A DNA stretch of 64,000 bases, from positions 32,001 through 96,000 of IMG/VR virus record IMGVR_UViG_3300042987_002978. One strand, 5' to 3'. This DNA is from a virus. Position numbers and translations under genes: made by a program. The notes beneath the pieces are model-generated. The model was not told where the DNA came from. It did no database searches and saw nothing but the letters and a program-made list of their open reading frames with translations. Shown in pieces: positions 50,907 to 59,340 of this stretch; positions within the stretch are counted from its first letter, which is position 1; each line of letters begins with the position of its first letter.

Positions 50907-53193
50907 CTGTGTCTGCTTTCGTCAACGGTTCTTTGATGTAACCGGCCTTAATCATCAGATTATCCAGTTCTTCGTCAGACTTCAGAGAAGGTGGGGTTGT
51001 CCCTCCGTCTCGGTAGTGACGAGCAAGATGATTGTATACCGCTTTGCGGTCTGCACCGCGCAACACAGTACCACCGCGAGCACCGTTCAGGACTGACATT
51101 TGAACGCGAAGTTCTGACATTGCTGCTGCGCCGGGTCGTCCGTCTTCTGAGATGTGGTGATGAATGAAGGTGTAATGGGTCTTGCGTGTTCCGTCAGTCT
51201 TTGGCAACTGATAAGCGAAAATCTTTCTGTAGTAATCTGGAGTCTCCGGCGAGCGAACTGCCAAGATTGCGCTTCTATTTATCGGAGTATCATCACGAAC
51301 TGCCGTTGAATGGCTGCGAATCGGCCCGCCATCTGCTTTCGCCTCGATGGCGTCCCAGTCGATTCCTTCGTCGCTTTGCTCCCACTCATCAATGGCGGCA
51401 GCATAAGACTTCATATCGTTCCACTGAACAACTCCGTCAGGGATAACAGCAAAACGGCACTTGCCGTTTTCGTTGACCCTTTGCTTGATGATTGCGCAAA
51501 CCCCGTCGCCCTGGTACAAAGTGCAGTTTGCACACTTGACGCCGATGCTCTTTTCGTCATTTTCTGCCGGGCTTTCGTACCCTGCCCAGATTCCAGAACC
51601 ATCTTCGTCGAATTTTCCGTGCTCGTCAGCGATTCGGACGAGAGCATCATGAAGTGCCTGCTCATCGGCAGTCAGGTTCGGATGCATCCTGCCATGGTCT
51701 TGCGCCTTTGACTCAATATCGGCATCTTCCGACTTCGGAGCCTCTGCTGCGTACAGGGCAGACATGTGCCGCCGCGCCTCGGCAAGTGTTTCGTGGCAGC
51801 CGCCTGGAACGGGACTGTTTTCCCCTTCTTTCACTACTGCGTATCCACTGCATCCCTGCATGTTTCGCGAGATGCGATATGGCTTGCCTTCTTCGGTGCG
51901 GCGGCGGCGGCGGCGCGGTTGACGACCGACGACTCCGGGGCGCTGCGGAGTCCCAAATGAACCCGGCGCGCCTTCCGGCATGTCTGTGTAAAGGTCTTTT
52001 GTCGGGTCCTGGATTTTCGTCAGTGTGGAAAATTTGTGTCCGACCATGGTGTCCGTGGGAACCCACTGGTTTCCTTCTTCGCGATAAACACGAATCATTG
52101 CCGCCGGGTCTTCAGGGGTGGCGGTGACTGTGAAACTGCTGTCCGGGATGCGCATGCGCCCCCTGCGCATTATGCGAGTTATCTTTCCTCGCGCACGTCC
52201 GCCAGAAGAATTCCAAATCACGAAGTCTCCGACTTTAAGGTCACCTGGTTCTGCTTTGATTCCAAGGGCCTTCATTTCGTCGCGACGATTCATTGCCTCT
52301 ACGAGTTTTGTGGACCATGTACGTCCAGCATCACCGCCCCACAATTTCCAGGCGATGAGTCCTGCGCCGGGATAACCATCTGCTCCTGGCCTGCTGTTTG
52401 CCGGAGTACGCAGGTCGACTTCATGCCGCGGGAAATATTTTGCGATGTGCCGCACCTTGCGGGGTGCTGCAGTGTTGTTGTTGATGAGATAGTTGGCGGT
52501 GTTCTTTCCAACCGACGTACCTCCGCGATTGTATTCACGCGACCATTTCAGCCCGATTTCGGCTTGCTTCTTCACGCCGGAGGGAATCGAAAAATTAAGG
52601 TCTGAGTAGTCTCCAGCCTTTTCTTCGTCAAAATCATCGAACTCGTCGTAAATTTCTTCTTCGTTGGACTCAATTTCATTAATGTCGTCCTTGACGCTAA
52701 GTGTTCGCGTGTTCGGGGCGGCACCGAAAATGACCGGTGAATACTCGTAAAGTTCGAGAGCCTTGATAAACCGGACGCCAGTTTTTTCGTCTGTGGTGGA
52801 CTTTCCTTCTGGAACCGAATAACCGATTGACCACTCCTGCTCTTCGGCAAAAAATTGGACGTCATGGAACGCATCTCGCCCACGACTTGTGTTCAGGTTG
52901 AATTGCATCTTGACGAGAAGAGCACCTGCGCCCTGCTGGCGCAAATCTTCCGGCAACCTTTCATCGCCAGGCATCAATTCCTCCACCTTCAATGTCTTAG
53001 CGACAGGAATGTTCGTGTCGTGCGACCACACGCCTTTCGGATTTCGCTTTCGCAGCGTATTCTTGTAAGCGCCCGGCTCGATGACATCGTTTACCGAGTC
53101 AACGACATTTGTGACGGAGACGATTGCCTCCACGATTCCATCTGCTTCGCTCAAGCCGCGAACCGATGAAACTGGAACGTTCTTGCGGTCCAT
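50899..53193 (-). CDS. HK97-type prohead protease with multiple C-terminal accessory domains
   Basis: VDSVNDVIEPGAY, WSHD, WSIGY, LYEYSPVIFGAAP in the first ~170 aa, followed by ~590 aa of extra domains; TATAAT and AGGAGG upstream. Confidence 0.92.
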   Translation of the reverse strand: MDRKNVPVSSVRGLSEADGIVEAIVSVTNVVDSVNDVIEPGAYKNTLRKRNPKGVWSHDTNIPVAKTLKVEELMPGDERLPEDLRQQGAGALLVKMQFNLNTSRGRDAFHDVQFFAEEQEWSIGYSVPEGKSTTDEKTGVRFIKALELYEYSPVIFGAAPNTRTLSVKDDINEIESNEEEIYDEFDDFDEEKAGDYSDLNFSIPSGVKKQAEIGLKWSREYNRGGTSVGKNTANYLINNNTAAPRKVRHIAKYFPRHEVDLRTPANSRPGADGYPGAGLIAWKLWGGDAGRTWSTKLVEAMNRRDEMKALGIKAEPGDLKVGDFVIWNSSGGRARGKITRIMRRGRMRIPDSSFTVTATPEDPAAMIRVYREEGNQWVPTDTMVGHKFSTLTKIQDPTKDLYTDMPEGAPGSFGTPQRPGVVGRQPRRRRRRTEEGKPYRISRNMQGCSGYAVVKEGENSPVPGGCHETLAEARRHMSALYAAEAPKSEDADIESKAQDHGRMHPNLTADEQALHDALVRIADEHGKFDEDGSGIWAGYESPAENDEKSIGVKCANCTLYQGDGVCAIIKQRVNENGKCRFAVIPDGVVQWNDMKSYAAAIDEWEQSDEGIDWDAIEAKADGGPIRSHSTAVRDDTPINRSAILAVRSPETPDYYRKIFAYQLPKTDGTRKTHYTFIHHHISEDGRPGAAAMSELRVQMSVLNGARGGTVLRGADRKAVYNHLARHYRDGGTTPPSLKSDEELDNLMIKAGYIKEPLTKADTDE

Positions 53194-53258
53194 CTAGCCT
53201 CCTGGCGAGCGATTATACATTGCGCGGACGTCCAGGTTAACTAAACCTGTCGTATAGG

Positions 53259-55421
53259 CTAAGCAAACGACAATGTGCAGCGGCAGTTGATTACCGAAGT
53301 TCCGTCTCCCACAAAATCGCCGGGAAAGCGAACTGACTTACCTTCAATGTCAAAATTGTCGTCAATCGCAATCGTCACATTGGAAACGTGATGGTGCTCC
53401 GCGCGGCCGTCTTCGTCGTTTGAATGCACCCATGTCTTCTTGGTGTAACCAAGTTGACGTGCAGCCCAGAGAAGTCCCGCGTTGAAGGCACCTGACACCT
53501 CGGTCCTCACGATTGTTTTAATTCTCTTCGAGAAAGAATCTGACATCCATTTTGTCAGTTCGGCGACGAATGAAGCGTGCGGGCGGCCGGCGAAGGCGTC
53601 GAGCATCTTCTGCATGTTTACCTTGGTCGTCTGGTTAACGAGCAGCAGATTGCTAAGCCTGTCGGCAATCAACTCCTGGACCGCCTTGCCCTGCATGTCC
53701 AACTTGTCAAAGCCTTCTCCGGCGATATCAATTGCGCCGTCAAGGAACACGGCGGAAATCCATGTCTTTCCGTCGGTCTCCAACTGTCCGTTCCAGACCT
53801 CGATATCGAAAAAGTCGTCAACTTCAATCTTCTCGCCGGAGTCCCAGCGCTCCTTCATTTTCTTTGAGCCGGCCTTCTCCATGACCACTCGTTGCTGGCG
53901 CTTGAAGTACGAGGCGATTTGCAAAGTCACGCTGGCTTCGAGCCTGTCCAATTGACGAGTCCTGCGCTGGATGTTCGTCGTTTCTTTTGTCGACTCCGGC
54001 TCGGGAGCAGACAGTTCCGACATTGCCGGAGCAAAAATGGGCCGCGGGCTTGGGTCGTTGGTGTTATCGGTGTCGATTCGTGGCGAAGATGGAGCGTTGG
54101 CTGCTCCCATCGGAACCGCCTCATCCGGGGCGTCGTTCGGTCGGCGACCAGGATTCTGGTTCGGGTTCACTCTTTCGCCCGGCTGCGTCCCGCTGCCGTC
54201 AGTCGACATGACGACAGGCGACAAGTTCGTCGGGACGAGCAAGTCGTCCATTCCGACGCCTTCGCGGCCGGTCAGTTCACGGTACTCATCGATGCTGATT
54301 GCGCCTTGCTTGAGTTCCTCAAGATGGAATTTTGCACGCTCGCGGTCGTCGCGGCTGAGGATTGCAACAGATGAAAGGTCGTAGGAGAAGTATGTGTTCG
54401 GCTTGTCGTCGAGGATGTCAAAAGCACGCTCAAGAAGAGTGAGGTGCGGAAGCATCGTTTCGCGCCAGAACACTTCGAGTTCGACGTCGGCGTTGGCGAA
54501 CGTGCGACCAGAAGCGTTTCCGATTACGGACTCAGGAACACCAAAAGCAAGAAGAATTTCTTCTTTGTTCTGGGTTCGCGCCTCGGTGTATTGAGCATCT
54601 CGTTGGTTGACGGCAGTGTCGATGAAACTTGCGTCTTCTGCCGAGAGAACGGTGATTCTTCCCGCTCCGCCAATGTTTGAACCTGTGGTGCCGCGGAATC
54701 TGCGGGCGATTTCCTCGCTCTGCTCTTCTTCCATGTCGCCCTTGATGACCAACATCCCGCCTGGACGTCCGTCGTTGATGACGAAGTTGCGGTTGTAGAC
54801 GCGTGAGTAATAATCAAACTCAATGGCAAGACCGGCAGACTCAAGCGGTGTCTGGCCTTTGTACGGGTCAATCGGGTGCGGCACGCGAATCCACAGCATG
54901 TTCTCTGGTTCGACAATCTTGCGCGGAGTGTTGGGATATTCAACCGCATAGCCGGACACGTATTTGACCGGGTCCGGGATTGGGAAAACGTATTGCGGCT
55001 GGTGCAAGAAAAGCGAAGTCACATCGCCGAGCCTGTTGCGCGTAACTTCTACGTACGCACCTTTCTTTGACAAAAGAACCTGAGAAGAAAGCATGAACCT
55101 GAAAGAGAAGGCATCTGTCGTGCTGTTGGGGCGGCGATTCAACAATTCCAGAACTGGCTCGTCCCAGGTCAGTTCGCCGATTCTCCAGTCATCCATGCGC
55201 ATACCTATTGGCAAAGATGCGGCATTCGAGGCGATTGCGTAAACGGCTTTGTAGACCCACACCACGCGGTCAAGGGCTTGATTGATTCCGCGCTCTACGT
55301 CCCACCCGTCTTTGTACGGCTCACCCGGGCGGCTGTACCCGGTGGTTGCGTAACGCTTTTTCTCGCCCAGCCCGACGAAGCCGTCAGCGCCTGCTCTTGT
55401 AAAGGTCTTGAAGAATGCCAC
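53259..55421 (-). CDS. Portal protein (HK97 family) fused to Mu gpF-like minor head domain
   Basis: VYAIASNAASLP, LLNRRPN, G.TPL, ILLAFGVP..IG, SIDEYRE..G; C-terminal RIKTIVRTE...KKTWV...INCRC. Confidence 0.93.
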   Translation of the reverse strand: MAFFKTFTRAGADGFVGLGEKKRYATTGYSRPGEPYKDGWDVERGINQALDRVVWVYKAVYAIASNAASLPIGMRMDDWRIGELTWDEPVLELLNRRPNSTTDAFSFRFMLSSQVLLSKKGAYVEVTRNRLGDVTSLFLHQPQYVFPIPDPVKYVSGYAVEYPNTPRKIVEPENMLWIRVPHPIDPYKGQTPLESAGLAIEFDYYSRVYNRNFVINDGRPGGMLVIKGDMEEEQSEEIARRFRGTTGSNIGGAGRITVLSAEDASFIDTAVNQRDAQYTEARTQNKEEILLAFGVPESVIGNASGRTFANADVELEVFWRETMLPHLTLLERAFDILDDKPNTYFSYDLSSVAILSRDDRERAKFHLEELKQGAISIDEYRELTGREGVGMDDLLVPTNLSPVVMSTDGSGTQPGERVNPNQNPGRRPNDAPDEAVPMGAANAPSSPRIDTDNTNDPSPRPIFAPAMSELSAPEPESTKETTNIQRRTRQLDRLEASVTLQIASYFKRQQRVVMEKAGSKKMKERWDSGEKIEVDDFFDIEVWNGQLETDGKTWISAVFLDGAIDIAGEGFDKLDMQGKAVQELIADRLSNLLLVNQTTKVNMQKMLDAFAGRPHASFVAELTKWMSDSFSKRIKTIVRTEVSGAFNAGLLWAARQLGYTKKTWVHSNDEDGRAEHHHVSNVTIAIDDNFDIEGKSVRFPGDFVGDGTSVINCRCTLSFA

Positions 55422-55423
55422 CG

Positions 55424-55654
55424 TTATTCACCTTCATTTTCGTAGGCGAGCAGAAGGCTGAAGAAAATCAATAACGCACCGGTCACAATGAATCCGACTT
55501 CAGGACCGATGACGAACGCACCGGTCGAAATGCATGTGCCGCCGGCGAAAAGAGCCGACATAGAAACGCGTTCGCGGTCAGAAAAAACAACAAATTTACT
55601 GACGAAAAAGACCGCTATCGCGAGTGCCGCGGCGATGATTGCTCCTAGAACCAT
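55424..55654 (-). CDS. Small multi-TM membrane protein preceding portal
   Basis: Three hydrophobic segments; start uncertain. Confidence 0.6.
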   Translation of the reverse strand: MVLGAIIAAALAIAVFFVSKFVVFSDRERVSMSALFAGGTCISTGAFVIGPEVGFIVTGALLIFFSLLLAYENEGE

Positions 55655-55702
55655 GACGTATCCCTTACCGTGCAAACCGATGAATCTGCCATATTTATGA
55701 AA

Positions 55703-55758
55703 CTACACCAATGGTAGTGCTGGCACCCGTCAAGGTGTTCGCACCACCATTGGTGTAG
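55703..55758 (-). terminator. Long stem-loop separating the replication module from the morphogenesis operon
   Basis: CTACACCAATGGT...ACCATTGGTGTAG 13-bp perfect stem plus inner pairing, followed by TTTC on -. Confidence 0.7.
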
Positions 55759-55766
55759 GTCTTACT

Positions 55767-56186
55767 TCAGAACGACTCGTCGTCCCAGGAAGCGTTGCCC
55801 TTCGGGGCTGGCTTCTGCTGTTGCGCCTGCTGGCCGGTCTTGTTGATTCCGGTCACTTGGGCTTTGCGCAGGGAAACACCGATGTCATCGGCGACCAAGA
55901 CGACCTTGGACTGCTTCTGACCTTCCTTGTTCTCCCAACTTTGCTGTTCCAGCCTGCCAGAAACGATTACTCGCGAGCCCTTGGAAAGGCTTTGAGCAAC
56001 GTTGTCTGCCAGTTCGCCCCAAGCATTGACGTCGAAAAAGGAGACTTCCTCTTCCCATTCATCTTGCTTGTTCTTCCAGCGACGGTTGACTGCCACGCCA
56101 ACCTTGAGGACACTGCTCCCCGTCTTGGTGGTCTTGATTTCGGGCTCTGCAGTGAGATTCCCGACCACCGTTACTTGTGCTGTCAT
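55767..56186 (-). CDS. ssb: Single-stranded DNA-binding protein (actinobacterial type)
   Basis: VTVVGNLTAEPE, SFFDVNAW, KGSRVIVSGRLEQ, ADDIG.SLR, acidic tail WDDESF; AGGAG RBS. Confidence 0.95.
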   Translation of the reverse strand: MTAQVTVVGNLTAEPEIKTTKTGSSVLKVGVAVNRRWKNKQDEWEEEVSFFDVNAWGELADNVAQSLSKGSRVIVSGRLEQQSWENKEGQKQSKVVLVADDIGVSLRKAQVTGINKTGQQAQQQKPAPKGNASWDDESF

Positions 56187-56209
56187 ATTTTCTCCTATGT
56201 ACCTGATGT

Positions 56210-56746
56210 TTATTGTTGGCCGGCTTCCAGTTCCAGCATGAACCAGTCGCTCATCCACATGACTGCAATCACGGAATAACCGCAAATGTCTAGCCATGTG
56301 TCGTGCAACGGTTCAAACAGGACCGGACCATCGTGCTTTTGGATGTTCTTGAGCCTCTCTAATTTGTCGTTAAGACGAATTACGAGCCCCGGAACCCCGA
56401 AGCGTGCAATGTTGCCGTGTCCGTACATCCGCTGCTTGCCAATCACGGTTTGCAGCAGTTGTATTCCCGCCTGGTCGACGGAAACCTTTGTTTCGTTGGA
56501 ATAGCCGATGATTCCATTGGCCGCCAACGAACAGAACATATTTCTACGCACGAAATCCGTGCCTGGGACCTCAGAATGAAAAACATCGTCGACCAATTGC
56601 TCAAAGACGCTCACGATGTTCGTTTGGCATGTTGCTGTTTCCAGCACGCCGTTGTGGTTCAAGCGCGAAGCATCGAGCATCGCGTCAACTATGACTCGCG
56701 ACGCGGCTTGGTTCCACGTCGTTGGTTCTGTTTGGATACTGCTCAT
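56210..56746 (-). CDS. Nucleotide modification-associated domain 1 (DUF1599, MazG-like fold) protein
   Basis: KQRMYG..NI..FG..GLVIRLNDKLERL.N...E...DTWLDICGYSVIA. Confidence 0.8.
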   Translation of the reverse strand: MSSIQTEPTTWNQAASRVIVDAMLDASRLNHNGVLETATCQTNIVSVFEQLVDDVFHSEVPGTDFVRRNMFCSLAANGIIGYSNETKVSVDQAGIQLLQTVIGKQRMYGHGNIARFGVPGLVIRLNDKLERLKNIQKHDGPVLFEPLHDTWLDICGYSVIAVMWMSDWFMLELEAGQQ

Positions 56747-57516
56747 CGTTGCCTTTCGTGGGTTATTGGTGCGAGCATTGCCGTCTTGGATTGACGCGCT
56801 TCCCATTCAAAGGTTCTGCGCAGGGCGAGGAAAGTCTCAAATATGTCGTCCTCTATGCGCAGCGGGAACATGCCCCACTTGTCCGGCCTCAGCCATAGCG
56901 CGGCGGCTTGCTCAACCTGCGGCATGGGAATCTCGTCGTCGCCGTCGAACATGACATCGGCACGAGAGTAGGCAGCCAACTGAAGCGCCACCTTCGCGCT
57001 GATTCCAGAACGCGTGGTCTTGAAGTCCAGTAAGGTCACCTTGTCCCTGATGCGGGCAATGGCGTCGAACGAACCTGCGTAAAGATGCGTGACGGAGAAA
57101 ACCGACTTTTCGACGTGCAACCACTCTGGTTCGTATTCAACACAGAATTGGTCGAAGTTTTGAATGAACGGCTCAAGGTCATGGTCGTAAGTCGCGGAAG
57201 GGTCGGCGATTCTGTTCTCAATCGCCTTGTGCACGCGGTCTCCGGTATCCGCAGCAACGGACAATTCTCGCTCCGGAGCAGCCTTGAGCCACAAGCGTGC
57301 TTTCTCTTGCTTGTTGGCCATAATGAGTTCGTTTACGTATTCGATGTTGTCCACCGCCGCATTCGCCGTCACCTTGCTGTTCCACTGCCGGAGAAATGGC
57401 GCGGGAAGCATGTCAATTATTGAAGTCACCGATGGTGCCGACAAATTCTTGATGTTCGGGTGTTTGTAGTACCGATATCCGTTGACCGTTACGGTCTGAA
57501 CTTTTGGATTCGTCAT
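56743..57516 (-). CDS. PD-(D/E)XK exonuclease (Cas4/RecE-like)
   Basis: PSVTSII, G..VH..IE, E..V..YAGSFD, LLDFKT, LQLAAY. Confidence 0.88.
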   Translation of the reverse strand: MTNPKVQTVTVNGYRYYKHPNIKNLSAPSVTSIIDMLPAPFLRQWNSKVTANAAVDNIEYVNELIMANKQEKARLWLKAAPERELSVAADTGDRVHKAIENRIADPSATYDHDLEPFIQNFDQFCVEYEPEWLHVEKSVFSVTHLYAGSFDAIARIRDKVTLLDFKTTRSGISAKVALQLAAYSRADVMFDGDDEIPMPQVEQAAALWLRPDKWGMFPLRIEDDIFETFLALRRTFEWEARQSKTAMLAPITHERQR

Positions 57517-57782
57517 TAGAAGTTTTGTGCCTGTTCCTTGAGCCACTCTTTGTAAGCGGCCCAATTGTCTGTGTACCTGTATGTTGCGTCCATCACTATA
57601 TCAGGGTCTTGGCGTTCGTACAACTCCGTGCCCATGGAAAGAACGATGAATCGTGGAGTCGGGAAAACCACTCCGAATTTTTGACCGTCGTATTTTCCGC
57701 CTACGAGGTCAATCTCGCACTTTGTCTCTGTCTTGTTTTTCGACGTGGCTTTCTGACGCGTCGTCTTGTTTTTTGACGTCAC
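57516..57782 (-). CDS. Hypothetical protein
   Basis: Coupled overlaps with both neighbours; LVGGKYDG motif. Confidence 0.65.
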   Translation of the reverse strand: MTSKNKTTRQKATSKNKTETKCEIDLVGGKYDGQKFGVVFPTPRFIVLSMGTELYERQDPDIVMDATYRYTDNWAAYKEWLKEQAQNF

Positions 57783-58117
57783 TGCTGATTGGTGGCCTTC
57801 AAAACTTCCTCGAACAGTTCCTTGAGTTTTTTGACGCTTGTCTGGTAATCGTCAGCAAAGCCTTTGTCCAAAACGATTGAGTCGGTCTCATCGTCAATGG
57901 TCATCATTTCCTGCATGACCTCAAGTTTCTCGATGGTGGCGCGAATCTGCTTCATGTGCGAAGTGAGGTGCTTGGAAAGGGCGGCAATCTTGTCCCTGTT
58001 TATGTTTGCACTCGGCCTTGTCACTGTTATCGCTTGGTCCCGGCCACCGAGTTGGCTCCCGAATACCTGGAAGGGCTTGTTCGGGTCACCCAAGTCAATT
58101 CCTGAAATTTTGGACAT
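57779..58117 (-). CDS. Hypothetical coiled-coil protein
   Basis: GGAGG RBS; coupled to neighbours. Confidence 0.7.
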   Translation of the reverse strand: MSKISGIDLGDPNKPFQVFGSQLGGRDQAITVTRPSANINRDKIAALSKHLTSHMKQIRATIEKLEVMQEMMTIDDETDSIVLDKGFADDYQTSVKKLKELFEEVLKATNQQ

Positions 58118-58587
58118 CAGTCCTCCAATTTGTCGTACTTATCACTATACAGCATTTCCATCACTTGATTCGGCTCAATCAGGAATCCCCTGGAGGGATT
58201 GTCGCTGCCGGCGGCGAACATTTTCTTGGTCTGCTCATTGAAGAGTTCGCGATTCTTCCTTAGATATCGCTTCAAACGCTCGACGGAAACTACGACCATT
58301 GATTGATGGATTGAATAAACATAAATCCACCACGTTGCCTTGGTGACGTTTATCCCGCTTGGCACCCATATTCTGTGGCCGAAAACATCGGTTGCGCCCT
58401 TTGGATTCTGATTGGTTTCTACGGCCATTCTGCCGTTGCGGTATCTGTCTGTTTTTACTTCTGCAGAACCCTGTATTACCGCGTTGTAAAAATCATGGAC
58501 GAATTTCTCGCCTTGCTCGCCGAAGGCTAGGTCCTTTGCAAAATTGAACGAGTTGACCGGTATGTCAAATTCCTTGTTGTATGGCAT
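58117..58587 (-). CDS. Restriction-endonuclease-like (PD-(D/E)XK) protein
   Basis: DL.FG..GE, EVKTD...G.MAVE, SGI.VT.A.WW motifs. Confidence 0.65.
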   Translation of the reverse strand: MPYNKEFDIPVNSFNFAKDLAFGEQGEKFVHDFYNAVIQGSAEVKTDRYRNGRMAVETNQNPKGATDVFGHRIWVPSGINVTKATWWIYVYSIHQSMVVVSVERLKRYLRKNRELFNEQTKKMFAAGSDNPSRGFLIEPNQVMEMLYSDKYDKLED

Positions 58588-58849
58588 CGGTCTCCTGATT
58601 GTATGTCCATTGCGCGGCAAGAAATCTCTCGATGTCTACCGCTATTTTTGGCTTGATTTCACCTTGTGTGATGGTTATTGATTTTGCAAACTCATCTGCT
58701 ATCAGTTTCCACGTTTCGATTTCGTCTATCGCATCGCGCAAAACAGTGGAATGAATCTTGACAGTAAATTCAGAATTTGCCTCTTCTGACATTTCGATTG
58801 TTTCAGCGAGGACTTCTAGCGTCTCCTTGATTTTGTCGTGTTTGTTCAT
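58565..58849 (-). CDS. Hypothetical protein
   Basis: Start MNKHDK; fills the operon. Confidence 0.6.
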   Translation of the reverse strand: MNKHDKIKETLEVLAETIEMSEEANSEFTVKIHSTVLRDAIDEIETWKLIADEFAKSITITQGEIKPKIAVDIERFLAAQWTYNQETDAIQQGI

Positions 58850-58886
58850 TTCTTTATCCACAGCATAACGTATCGTTGTCCACAGG

Positions 58887-59246
58887 TCAACGTTTGTCGC
58901 CGCTCCCGCCAATCTTTCCACGCTCCAAGCGAGACTCAAGTTTCTTTAAATTATCGATAGCGATGACGCTGAGGTTTGTATCAAGACATTTCGCCAGTTG
59001 TGCGCAATACCAAAGCACGTCTCCGATTTCAGCGGCCATATCCTGCTTTGCCTCATCCGTGATGATTCCCGCCTTATCGCGAATAATCTTCTTGTACTTT
59101 CCGGCCACTTCGCCGGCTTCCGAAGCAAGACCAAGAACTAAATACTCAATCGCCCTTTCGTCTGGGTATTTGGCCGTCAGGCCAGACCTGAATTGATAGT
59201 GGTTGAAATCCATAAAAGCCTGTTCGTCGAAAGAATTCACGTCCAT
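58887..59246 (-). CDS. mazG: MazG-like NTP pyrophosphohydrolase
   Basis: LGLASEAGEVAGKYKKIIRD, EIGDVLWY, NL.KL.SR.ERG.I.GSGD.R. Confidence 0.92.
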   Translation of the reverse strand: MDVNSFDEQAFMDFNHYQFRSGLTAKYPDERAIEYLVLGLASEAGEVAGKYKKIIRDKAGIITDEAKQDMAAEIGDVLWYCAQLAKCLDTNLSVIAIDNLKKLESRLERGKIGGSGDKR

Positions 59247-59340
59247 AAAGAAATCATAGCCGCATACACAAAGATTAGACGACCAAACTCATTAGCCTGC
59301 ACTAACCTACTCGGCTCAAACTCATACGGAAGGTTACTTT

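Noticed and set aside
56743-57516. Cas4-like nuclease as evidence of a CRISPR system
   Set aside because: No Fe-S cysteines, array or other cas genes; context with SSB indicates a recombination exonuclease.
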